Assembly (NCBI GenBank): GCA_963796055.1
Contig: CAWCKH010000004.1
Span: forward strand, 800,001 to 864,000
Direction: 5' to 3'
DNA length: 64,000 bases
Source of the DNA: an uncultured delta proteobacterium
GTDB taxonomy: Bacteria; Myxococcota; Myxococcia; Myxococcales; Myxococcaceae
The notes below the pieces were generated by a model that was given only the letters and a program-made list of their open reading frames with translations, was not told the DNA's origin and made no database searches. Shown here in pieces: positions 17,932-29,000 of the stretch (position 1 is its first letter; each line of letters starts with the position of its first letter). The translations under genes and the position numbers were made by a program.

Positions 17932-20139
17932 ATGCGTCCGCTCCAACGGCTGCTCCCTCGCGATCCCCGCCTGCTGCAGATCGCGTTCCTGGCCAGCTTC
18001 CTGGTGCTCGGGGTGGCCTTCCTCGGGCTGCAGCTCGAGCCCTGGATGCCGCCGTTGCTGCTGGCCTCCACCTGTGCCGTCCAGTGGACCTGCGAGCGGG
18101 TGCTGCGGCTGCCCTCGAGCGGGTTCCGCTCTCCGCTCATCACCGGGCTGGGCCTGTCCCTGCTGCTCCGGACCGACGCGTTCTGGGTGCCGCCGCTCGC
18201 CGCGGCCATCGGCATCGGGGCCAAGTACCTGGTCCGGGTGCGCGGCAAGCACGTCTTCAATCCCGGGATGCTCGGGCTGACCAGCTGCATCCTCCTCACC
18301 GGCCACGCCTGGTGCTCGCCGAGCCAGTGGGGCGAGGGCATGGCGCTGCTGGCCTGGTTCTCGGTGCTGGGCCTGGCGGTGGTCTCCCGGAGCTTCCGCA
18401 CCGACGTGAGCCTGGCGTTCCTGTGCAGCTGGGTGCTGTTGAAGCTGGGGCGGGTGCTGTGGCTCGGGCAGCGGCCGGCGGTGCTCGGCCACCAGCTGCT
18501 GGTGGGGAGCCTCATCCTCTTCACCTTCTTCATGATCTCCGACCCGAAGACCACGCCTGACCGCCAGTCGGCGCGCATCGGCTGGGGCGTGGCGGTGGCG
18601 GTGCTGGCCTTCGTGCTGCAGCACCAGGCCTGGGTGATGAACGCGCCGGTCTGGGCGCTGTTGCTCCTCTCGCCACTGGTGCCGCTGCTCGACCGGCTCT
18701 TCCCCGCTTCCCGCTTCACCTGGCCCTCCGGCCAGTCCTCACCACAAGGAGTCCTCGCCGTGCCTGCCCCCGCCCTCCGTCGTGTCGCCCCGTTGCTCGT
18801 CCTGCCGCTGCTGTTGCTCCTGCACCCCGCGCCCGCCTGGGCGTTTTGTGGATTTTACGTGGGCAAGGCCGACACCCAGCTGTTCAACGACTCGTCCCAG
18901 GTGGCGCTGGTGCGCGATGGTGACCGCACCGTGCTCACCATGAGCAACGACTACCGCGGGCCGCTCACCGAGTTCGCGCTGGTGGTCCCGGTCCCCACGG
19001 TGCTGGAGCGCGAGCAGATCCACGTGGGCGACCGCAAGCTGCTCGAGCACCTCGACGCGTACTCCGCGCCGCGTCTGGTCGAGTACTTCGACCCCGACCC
19101 CTGCATGCGCTACTACCCGATGTCGAAGGCTGCAGGTGCCCCGGCGATGGACATGGCACAGCGCTCGAACTTCGAGAGGAAGAAGGACGAGGCGCTGGGG
19201 GTCAAGGTCGAGGCCCAGTACAGCGTGGGCGAGTACGACATCCTCATCCTCGGGGCGAAGCAGTCCGAGGGGCTCGAGACCTGGCTCCGGGAGAACGGCT
19301 ACCGCATCCCGGCGAAGGCCGCCGCCGCGCTCCAGCCGTACATCCGCCAGGACATGAAGTTCTTCGTGGCCAAGGTGAACCTCGAGGCGCAGCGCAACAG
19401 CGGGGTGCAGTACCTCCGCCCGCTGCAGATCGCCTACGAGTCGAAGAAGTTCATGCTCCCCATCCGGCTGGGGATGGCCAACGCCGCCGGGCCGCAGGAC
19501 CTCATCGTGTACGCGCTGACGCGCCGCGGCCGGGTGGAGTCGACCAACTACCGCACCACCCGCATCCCCTCCGACGTGAACATCCCGCTGTTCGTGAAGA
19601 GCGACTTCGGCAAGTTCTATCAGGACGCCTTCGCCCGCTCGGTGGACAAGGAGGACCGCCGGGCGGTCTTCACCGAGTACGTCTGGGACATGGGCTGGTG
19701 CGACCCGTGCGCCGCGCAGCCGCTGAGCCGCCAGGAGCTGCGGCAGCTGGGCGTCTTCTGGCTGGACGACGGCCAGTCCGACTCACTCGGGCCGGCGTTC
19801 CGCCGCGGACCGGTGGGCGGGCCGGTGAATGTCCTCCTCACCCGTCTCCACGTCCGCTACGACGGGGCGCACTTCCCCGAAGATCTCGTGTTCCAGGAGA
19901 CGTCCGACCGGAGCAACTTCCAGGGCCGCTACATCCTCCAGCACCCCTTCCAGGGGGCCTCGGAGTGCAGCGCCATGGACGACTACCGTGAGCGGCTGCG
20001 CGAGAGGCGGAGCAAGGAGGCCGAGACCCTGGCCTCGCTCACCGGCTGGTCGATGCAGGACATCAAGAAGAAGATGGGCCACGACGGCTCGGACGTGAAG
20101 AACCCCCGCCCGTGGTACCGCCGCCTCTGGGCCGAGTAG
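17932..20139 (+). CDS. In-frame fusion of an RnfD/NqrB-like membrane domain and a DUF2330 domain
   Basis: N-half: DPRLLQI, SPLITGLGLSLLLR, GKHVFNP, FFMISDPKTTP. C-half: AFCGFYV, FALVVPVP, YSAPRLVEYFD.DPC, VGEYD, PIRLG, LTRLH.RY, FQGRY. Confidence 0.85.
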   Translation: MRPLQRLLPRDPRLLQIAFLASFLVLGVAFLGLQLEPWMPPLLLASTCAVQWTCERVLRLPSSGFRSPLITGLGLSLLLRTDAFWVPPLAAAIGIGAKYLVRVRGKHVFNPGMLGLTSCILLTGHAWCSPSQWGEGMALLAWFSVLGLAVVSRSFRTDVSLAFLCSWVLLKLGRVLWLGQRPAVLGHQLLVGSLILFTFFMISDPKTTPDRQSARIGWGVAVAVLAFVLQHQAWVMNAPVWALLLLSPLVPLLDRLFPASRFTWPSGQSSPQGVLAVPAPALRRVAPLLVLPLLLLLHPAPAWAFCGFYVGKADTQLFNDSSQVALVRDGDRTVLTMSNDYRGPLTEFALVVPVPTVLEREQIHVGDRKLLEHLDAYSAPRLVEYFDPDPCMRYYPMSKAAGAPAMDMAQRSNFERKKDEALGVKVEAQYSVGEYDILILGAKQSEGLETWLRENGYRIPAKAAAALQPYIRQDMKFFVAKVNLEAQRNSGVQYLRPLQIAYESKKFMLPIRLGMANAAGPQDLIVYALTRRGRVESTNYRTTRIPSDVNIPLFVKSDFGKFYQDAFARSVDKEDRRAVFTEYVWDMGWCDPCAAQPLSRQELRQLGVFWLDDGQSDSLGPAFRRGPVGGPVNVLLTRLHVRYDGAHFPEDLVFQETSDRSNFQGRYILQHPFQGASECSAMDDYRERLRERRSKEAETLASLTGWSMQDIKKKMGHDGSDVKNPRPWYRRLWAE

Positions 20140-20596
20140 CCGTCAGCCCATGGCGTAGCGACGCGCCGACGCAGCGTTCCATCTCCGAGGTGCCGCCGAG
20201 CGGGTCGACCGGCCGGAGCTCATACCTGGGACCTGCAGGCTCGAGTCGGTCGACCAGGACATCGAACGTGGGTGCTCGTCGCGTTCCCGAGCCGTGGTCG
20301 CAAGCCATCGGCAGCGGGTGAGTCGTGGCCCCGCGGCCGCAAGGTCGCATGACGCCGGCTGCCGGGCACGCCGAGGGCCGCACCCCTCAGCTAGGGAGCG
20401 CCCCCTGATCTTGGATCCGGGCGGTCGGCCGTTCGCGCCGCGGCTCAGCGGCTCGTGGGAGAGGCGGACGCGCTGGGGCTCCGGCACGGTGCTCTTCCCG
20501 GCGGCCTGCGCGACCCTCGGCGCTCCGGCGTGTCGCGGGTGGTTCCGGCGTGCGGCGAGTGGCTCGGGCGGTCGTGGCTGGTTCCCACATGCAAGC

Positions 20597-20754
20597 CGGA
20601 ACCTTTTTCGGACGGTCGCCGGCGGAGGGGGGGTCGCCATGTCGTCCAAGGCGTCCGATTCGGGTTCCCAAGTTGCACGAGAGAGCCCATCCGCGACCTG
20701 TTTCCTGGCGGAGCGTGACCCCCCTGCCCGGGAGACCGTCCGAAAAAGGTTCCG
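20597..20754. repeat. Long inverted repeat (perfect 21-bp arms, imperfect to about 42 bp), MITE-like or hairpin element
   Basis: CGGAACCTTTTTCGGACGGTC (20597-20617) and its reverse complement GACCGTCCGAAAAAGGTTCCG (20734-20754). A partial third copy CCGAAAAGGTTCC lies at 20782-20794. Confidence 0.7.
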
Positions 20755-21022
20755 ATGTGAAACTTGGGGACCCGCGCGTCCCCGAAAAGGTTCCAATTCA
20801 ATCCCGAGCCGGACGCTCCCCGACAACCCGCCAACCTGACGAGGTCGAGGCCAGGGCCGGAGTGACCGAGCGGCCCGGTCCTGTCCTGACCGGCTCCCGT
20901 CCAGAGCCAGGGCACCGCATCCGGGTCGGCGCGAAGGGTGAGCCCGCCCTAGCCTCGTCACGCGAGCCTAGCCGGCTCGAGCTCACACGGCTGGCTCGCC
21001 GCCGCAGGGTGGCCCCGGCGTC

Positions 21023-21391
21023 TCAGGCCACCGCGCCGTGGGCGTGCCGCTCGACGAGGCTGTACAGGTACCCGGGGACCGCTGGCCGGCGGACGTGCTC
21101 CACCACCGTGTCGTCGGTGAGCCCGTCCTCCTGCGCGTCGTGCAGCAGGAGCAGCTGCACGTCCAGGTCGCCGCGGGCGCGGAGCGCGTCCATCACCCGG
21201 GCTCGGGAGCGACGGGCGAAGTCGAGCACCACGAAGAGCCGGGTCCGGGTGGGGAGCAGAGCGAGGATCTCCAGCGCCTCGTGCGCGGTCGACGCGAGAT
21301 GGAAGGGAACGTCGTCCCAGTCCAGACGCTCCGCGAGCTCCTGGCGCGTCTCGGCGTTTTCGGATGCCACCAGCACCACGTCTTGCTTCAC
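21023..21391 (-). CDS. Degenerate stand-alone receiver-domain-like protein
   Basis: VVLVASEN...ASTAHEALEIL...VVLD...VRRP follows REC topology, but the acidic DD pair and the conserved Lys are replaced. Confidence 0.5.
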   Translation of the reverse strand: MKQDVVLVASENAETRQELAERLDWDDVPFHLASTAHEALEILALLPTRTRLFVVLDFARRSRARVMDALRARGDLDVQLLLLHDAQEDGLTDDTVVEHVRRPAVPGYLYSLVERHAHGAVA

Positions 21392-21657
21392 CGGCTCACC
21401 CCCAATGCGTTGCAAACCGAGAAAAGCGGTGCGGGTCGTACCATGTGCTGCTCCCGGCGCTCCACACCCAAAGTGCACGGCGTTCGTCGGTCAGGGACCG
21501 CGCATCCCCGCGATTCGCCATGGTGGTCGCGGCCGACCCTCGGGTCGACTCCGCCGCCAGCGGAAACGAGGACACAAAGAGCCACCGGTCCCTCCCGGAG
21601 CGCCCAGGCGACGACCCCGCGCCCGACACCACGGACGCGCCCGGGAGCGCTCCGGAT

Positions 21658-22230
21658 CTACAGAACCCCGCTGAGGAGCACGCGGTGGATGCAGCTCGGA
21701 TCCTGCTCGCCGAGGCTCCACAGCGCCATGGTGGTCATCCGGAACGTGGGCGAGGGCACCAGAGCACGGGCGCCGGCGGCGACCTCGAGCTCGGCCTCGG
21801 GCGGCACCCGGCCGATCACCGCGTGCGGCGTGGCCTGGTAGACGTCGGGCGCGAGCTTGAGCCCGAACTCGACCAGCCGATCCTGAAGGATGAGCAGCGA
21901 GGTCGCCATCTCGTCGTCCGGCGCGAGGTAGACGTAGCGGGTCTGGGGGAAGCGGCGGAGGCCGACGAAGCGGCCGATGATCGGCCCGGTCTCCTCGCCC
22001 ACTGCATCGAGCACCCGACGCACCTCGGCGAGGTCCTGAGGCGGGAGCGGGCCCACCGAGCCGATGCCCACCGGGACCTTCTGGCTGGTCCGGCTGACGA
22101 TGCGCCGGACGGCGAGCACCTCGCTGCGCACCGGCTCGGGCACCTCGATGACCACCCAGAGCTCGGGCGCACGCGCGGCGCGAAGTGGCACGGGCCGTGG
22201 CTCGGGGCCGGGGCGATGATCCTCTCCCAT
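21658..22230 (-). CDS. 2'-5' RNA ligase (2H phosphoesterase)-like protein, degenerate
   Basis: LWVVIEVPE.V, RRFP..RYVYL and YQATPHAVIG patterns. The first Hx(T/S) motif is absent. Start uncertain. Confidence 0.5.
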   Translation of the reverse strand: MGEDHRPGPEPRPVPLRAARAPELWVVIEVPEPVRSEVLAVRRIVSRTSQKVPVGIGSVGPLPPQDLAEVRRVLDAVGEETGPIIGRFVGLRRFPQTRYVYLAPDDEMATSLLILQDRLVEFGLKLAPDVYQATPHAVIGRVPPEAELEVAAGARALVPSPTFRMTTMALWSLGEQDPSCIHRVLLSGVL

Positions 22231-22382
22231 CAGCGGCTCCGGACCGGGCGAGGGGGGAGCGCCGGGTGGCCGCGGGGCGCGCGCAGGCGGTGAACGCGGA
22301 CCTCGGAATGGGGAACCGTGACGCCTCTCCTCGTCGAGCGAGGTACCACGGGGGGGTGACGCCGTCGGGACCCGGTCCGCGG

Positions 22383-22960
22383 TCAGTCGACGCGCTTCCA
22401 GACCAGGTCCCAGGACTCCCGCCGCTCGACGAATCCGATGACGCGGCCCGCTGCATCGCGCTGGAAGAAGCGGCGCGTCCGGGGTTCGCCGGGCACGAAG
22501 AACACGTCGGGCGACTCGAGACGGAGCGGCTTGACGGGCCGTCCGGGCGTTCCGCCGGTGAGACCCTCCGCCTCGCAGCGGACGACGTAGGTGAGGTCGA
22601 TCCGGTACCGCGAATGAATCAGGGCGCCGTGAAACGTCTCGTCCTCCTCGGCGACGTAGGTGGTGACCGCGGTGTCGCCGAGCACGGTCACCTCGAACCG
22701 GGTGGGATGGAGCGAGCCGCTCACCCCCGGCGGGAGAGGACGCACGCTCTGCAGCATCGCCTTCCTGTCCAGCACCTCGCCCTGCTCGTCCACGATGCGG
22801 GCCCGGTCATCGAGCTCCTGCTCCCACCCGGAGCGATCGCCCCGGGTGATGGCGTCGAGCAGCCGCTCGGTCTTGCCGCGGAGGAGCGCGGCCACGTCCG
22901 CGGTCGGAGCCCCTGCGCCGCCGAGGACCAGGGCCAGCGGGGCAGCAAGCAGCGCCAGGC

Positions 22961-22964
<4 letters not shown>
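22383..22964 (-). CDS. Exported NTF2-like (DUF4440) protein with C-terminal beta domain
   Basis: GTG overlaps the upstream stop. Signal peptide, LLDAITRGD..W, GDTAV..Y..EEDE, C-terminal ESPDVFFVPG.PR.R..F.RD..G.V. Confidence 0.65.
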
Positions 22965-24213
<1,249 letters not shown>

Positions 24214-24220
<7 letters not shown>

Positions 24221-25287
24221 TGAGGAGAGGATCGCGTCCGGAACGCCATCACCGCAAGTGGTGGGCCACCGGGCTCAGGCGGCGGTCTGCAGGGGGACGT
24301 GGCCGCTTCGCCCACCTCACCCGACCTCGGGGTGGCGGTACAGAAATCCGACAGATCCGGCGGCAGCGGGGACGCGAAGCGGAGGCGGGCGCCGGTGGCC
24401 GGGTGCGGAAAATCGAGCCGGGCGGCGTGGAGGGCATGCCGGGGCAGGCGCAGGCGAGCCCAGGCCTCGGGTTCGAGGCACCGCCTGCTGAAGCGGTCGA
24501 AGTAGCCCGGGTCCGGGCCGTAGATCTTGTCCCCCACCAGCGGAAAGCCGGCCTCGCGGGCGTGGATGCGAATCTGGTGCTGCCGCCCGGTCTCGGGAAA
24601 GCAGCGCAGGAGCGCGAACCGGGCGCCGTCGCGGACGAATCGGCGCTCGACCACGAAGCGGGTACGAGCGGGCTTTCCGGCCCGGACGTCGATGCGGACC
24701 GCGATGCGCACCTCCGGGGTGCCCTCGGCGATCGGGGCATCGACCGCGAAGCCGTCGGGCGGGTGGCCCTCCACCACCGCCAGGTACTCCTTGTGGACGT
24801 CGCCGGACTGGAAGGCGCGCATCAGGGCCCGCGAGGCCGCGGCGCCGCGGCCGCAGACCAGCAGCCCGGACGTCTCGCGGTCGAGCCGGTGCGCCGGGTC
24901 TGCCCGGAGCGCGGGCCCGTGCTTGCGCGCGAGCAACTTCACCAGCGTGTTGTGGTGGTAGCGGGCGGTGGGGTGGATCGGCAGCCCCGCAGGCTTCTCC
25001 AGCACCAGGAGGCTGTCGTCGAGGTACCGCTCGACGATCTCCTCGGGCACGTCGGGCTCGGCCTGCGCCCGCCGCCGGAGGGTGAAGGTGAGCCCGGCGT
25101 GCACCCGGGTGCTCGGCTTCAGCGGCCGATCCGCCACCAGGCTTCGCTCGAGGATGCGCTGGACCCGGGTGCGCGAGAGGCGGCGGATCTTCTCGCAGAG
25201 GTACCGGTCCAGCCGCCAGCCGGCGTAGTTGGGCTCGACGGTGAAGGTCACGTCGACGAAGCCGGGCTCCGGAGAAGGGCCGTGCAT
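24214..25287 (-). CDS. RluA-family pseudouridine synthase
   Basis: RLDRYL, KPAGLPIHP, HRLDRETSG, KEYLAVVEG, TGRQHQIRIH, LVGDKIYG, LHAARL.F.HP. Confidence 0.93.
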
Positions 25288-25467
25288 GTCCTGAGCGGTC
25301 CTGCTTAGCGGGCCACGGGGCTCGGGTTCAACCGGGGTGCACCGGAGGAGCTCTGTGCAGTGCCGCACGCACGCTGTGTCGCCCGTCGAACCCTGTCCAG
25401 TGTTGGGCCAATGGCCCCCGTCCAGGCGGACGTGGGCGCCGGGGGCGAGCTGCCTTACCTCGACCAC

Positions 25468-25822
25468 GTGACGGACGGCACGGACACGCGGAGGAATGGC
25501 AAGAAGACGGTGCTCCTCGTCGAGGACGACGCCGACGTCCGGGAGGCGGTGGAGCAGATCCTCGCCGACGAGGGCTTCGAGGTCATCGCCGCGCCCGATG
25601 GCGGCGTTCTGCACCATCATCCTCGACGTGCTGATGCCGGGGGTGGACGGGGCCGAGTTCCTCGCCCGGGCACGGGAGCGGCTCCGGACGATCCCGGTGC
25701 TGCTCTTCTCCGCCAGCCGCCTCCCGGGGCACCTCCGCGACGATCCACAGATCAAGGACCTCATCCCGAAGCCGGTGGAGGTGGAGGTGCTGCTGGAGAA
25801 GATCCGCGCCCACTGCGGCTGA
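25468..25822 (+). pseudogene. Single-domain response regulator with internal deletion and frameshift near 25600
   Basis: TVLLVEDDADVREAVEQIL..EGFEVIAAPDG continues in another frame as IILDVLMPGVDG...IPVLLFSA...IPKP. The helix between the two parts (about 10 aa) is missing. Confidence 0.7.
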
Positions 25823-25824
25823 GC

Positions 25825-25926
25825 GGCTCGGCGGGGATCCGCACCCGGAACAGCGCGCCACCGCCCGGCCCGTTCAGCGCGACGATGGAGCCGCCGTGGC
25901 GCTCGAGGATGGAGCGGCTGAGCCAC
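25825..25926 (-). pseudogene. C-terminal remnant of a histidine kinase HATPase_c domain
   Basis: The minus strand reads WLSRSILERHGGSIVALNGPGGGALFRVRIPAEP, a G2-box-proximal tail. No upstream kinase sequence remains. Confidence 0.6.
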
Positions 25927-26065
25927 CGGATGGATAGGGCCCCGGAGCCGATCCGGGAACCCCACCACCGCGGCCGCCCTGACTACTCGACTGCGGCCGC
26001 CCTGACCTCGCCGACTATGGCGCCCGCGAGCCCCTGACCCGGACCCCGGCTGCGGCCGCCCTGAC

Positions 26066-29000
26066 CTAGCGGTGCAGCCAGTTCCGGAGCGTGGCCAGGA
26101 GCTGGTCGGTGTTGACCGGCTTGGCCAGGTAGTCCGAGGCGCCCGCGTCGAGGCACTTCTCCCGGTCGCCCTTCATCGCCTTGGCGGTGAGCGCGACGAT
26201 GGGCAGGCGGCGGAACGCCTGCTCGCGGCGGATGACCCCGATGGTCTGGAAGCCGTCCATCTCCGGCATCATGATGTCCATCAGCACCACCGCGACGTCG
26301 GGGGTGGATTCCAGCATCGAGATGGCCTCGCGGCCGGTCTGGGCGGTCAGCACGTCCATCCCGTGCCGCTCGAGCACGCTCCCCAGGGCGAAGATGTTCC
26401 GCACGTCGTCGTCCACCACCAGGACCTTTCGCCCGCGCAGGTCCTCGTCCGAGCGGTGCAGCTTCTCCAGCATCTTCTGCTTGTGGGGCGGAAGGTCCGA
26501 CACCACCCGGTGGAGGAAGATGGCGGTCTCGTCCAGGAGGCGCTCCGGCGACTCCACGCCCTTGAGCACCACGGTGCGGGCCAGCTCTTGCAGCTGCCGG
26601 TCCTCGTCCTGGGTCAGCTCGCGGCCGGTGAAGACCACCACCGGGAGGTCGGGCAAGGTGCCCCGGTCGCGGATCCGCGCCAGCACCTCGAACCCCGAGA
26701 TGTCGGGCAGCCGAAGGTCGAGCACCATGCAGTCCACCCGCTCCTGGTCGAGGATCTCCATCGCCCGCGCCCCGGTGCCGGCGGTGAGGATGTCGATGTC
26801 GTCGTGTTCCAGCAGCTCCTGGATGCTGGTGCGCTCCAGGTCGTTGTCCTCGACGATGAGCAGCCTCCGCCGCCGCGGGGTGGTGTACTCGCGCAACTTC
26901 TCGATGGCCGAGGCGAGCCCCTCGGTGGTGGCGGGCTTGGTGACGAAGGAGAAGGCCCCGCGCGACAGGCCGTGTTGCCGGTTCTCGTCCAGGGTCACCA
27001 TCTGCACCGGGATGTGACGGAGCGCCACGTCCTGCTTCATGTGGCTGAGCACCGTCCACCCCAGCATGTCGGGGAGGAACACGTCGAGCGAGACGGCGTG
27101 GGGCTTGAACTCCCGGGCGAGCTCCAGCGCCTCGGTTCCCCGGGAGGCGATCAGTACCTTGAACCCCTGGTCGCGGGCGAGGTCCGCCAGCACCCGGGCG
27201 TAATGCGGGTCGTCCTCCACCACCAGCAGGGTGAGGTCCCCCGGCTGGAGATCGGCCCGGTCGTCCGGCACCGGCTCCGGAGTGGAGGACTCGACCACCC
27301 GCACCGGCGAGGTCGCCCGCTCCACCAGTGCCGAGCGCGCCGGCTCGCGGAGCGAGCTGGACGGACCCACGTAACGGACCGGCAGGTAGAGAGTGAAGGT
27401 GCTGCCCATCCCCGGCGTGCTCCGCAGCTGGATCTCGCCGCCGAGGAGATTCGACAGCTCGCGGCTGATGGCCAGACCGAGCCCGGTCCCGCCGTACTTC
27501 CGCGCGGTGCCGGCGTCGGCCTGCTGGAAGGCCTCGAAGATGATCTTCTGCTTCTCGGGGGCGATGCCGATACCGGTGTCCGAGACCTCGAAGGCCACCA
27601 CCAGCGGCGACTGATCGAGCACCGGGTGCTCGCTGGACCAGCGGCCCTTCGCCGCGCTCACCTTGAGGTGCACCCCGCCGTGCTCGGTAAACTTGAAGGC
27701 GTTGGAGAGGAGGTTCTTAAGGACCTGCTGCAGGCGCTTCTGGTCGGTGAAGAGGCTGCGGCCCAGCTCCGGATCCAGCGAGACCTCGAAGGAGAGCCCG
27801 CGGGTCTCGGCGTCGTGGCGGAACGGCCGGGCCACGGTGTCGAGCAGGTTGCTGAAGTAGACGTCCGCCGGCTCCACCGTCACCGTACCGGACTCGATCT
27901 TCGACAGGTCGAGGATGTCGGAGATGAGGTTGAGGAGGTCGGTGCCGGCGCTGTGGATGGTCCGAGCGAAATCCACCTGCTTGGCGGTGAGGTTCTGCTC
28001 GGGGTTCTCCGCCAGCTGCTGGCCGAGGATGAGGATGGAGTTGAGCGGCGTCCGTAGCTCGTGCGACATGTTGGCCAGGAACTCGGACTTGTACTTGGAG
28101 GTGAGGGCCAGCTCCTCCGCCTTGTCCTCGAGGGCCCGGCGGGCCTGCTCGATCTGCTGGTTCTTCCGCTCCACCTCGGCGTTCTGGTCCGCCAGCTGCT
28201 GGGCCTTCTGCGCCAGCTGCTCGTTGGTCTGCTGCAGCTCCTTCTGCTGCGCCTGCAGCTCGGCAGCGAGCTTCTGCGACTGCTCGAGCAGCGACTCGGT
28301 CTTCATCGTCGCCTCGATGCTGTTGAGGACGATGCCGATCGAGGTGGTGAGCTGATCGAGGAAGGCCAGATGCGAGGCGGTGTACGGGCTGAGCGAGGCC
28401 AGCTCGATGACCGCCTTCACCTCGCCCTCGAACAAGACGGGCAGCACGATGACGTTCCTGGGCAGGGCGATGAACAGGCCCGAGCCGACCCGGGTGGTGT
28501 CCGGTGGCAGGTCGGTGATCAGCATTCGCCGCTTCTCCACCGCGCACTGGCCGACGAGGCCCTCGCCGAAGTGGAAGCTGCCGGGATGCCCTGCCTGCCC
28601 GTCGTCGGCATAGGAGGCCAGCAGGCGGAGCGAGGGGGTCTCGCCCACCTCCACGTCGGTGGTCCGGTAGATGACGCCCTGCTGGGCGGTGATCAGCGGC
28701 GCCAGCTCGGAGAGGAGCAGCTGGCCCACCCGGGTCAGGTCCCGCTGGCCCTGGAGCATGCCGGTGAACCGGGCGAGGTTGGACTTCAGCCAATCCTGCT
28801 CGGTGTTCCGCTCGGTGGTGAGCCGGAGGTTCACGATCATGGTGTTGATGTTGTCCTTCAGCTCGGCCACCTCCCCGCGGGCGTCGACCTGGACGGACCG
28901 GGTCAGGTCGCCCTTGGTGACCGCCGTCGCCACTTCGGCGATGGCACGCACCTGGGTGGTGAGGTTCGCCGCCAGGAGGTTCACGTTCCCGGTGAGGTGC

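Noticed and set aside
17932..18750. A true Rnf/Nqr respiratory complex
   Set aside because: No other rnf/nqr subunits nearby; the domain is fused to DUF2330.
20582..20800. Retron msr-msd or IS ends
   Set aside because: No reverse transcriptase or transposase in the window, and no clear target-site duplication.
20143..21000. ORFs across the intergenic gap and a hairpin at 20962-20999
   Set aside because: The translations lack typical codon bias or motifs. The hairpin has no U-tract and is unremarkable at this GC content.
25300..25360. GGTTCAAC motif suggestive of a tRNA T-loop
   Set aside because: No cloverleaf, D-arm or acceptor stem can be built.
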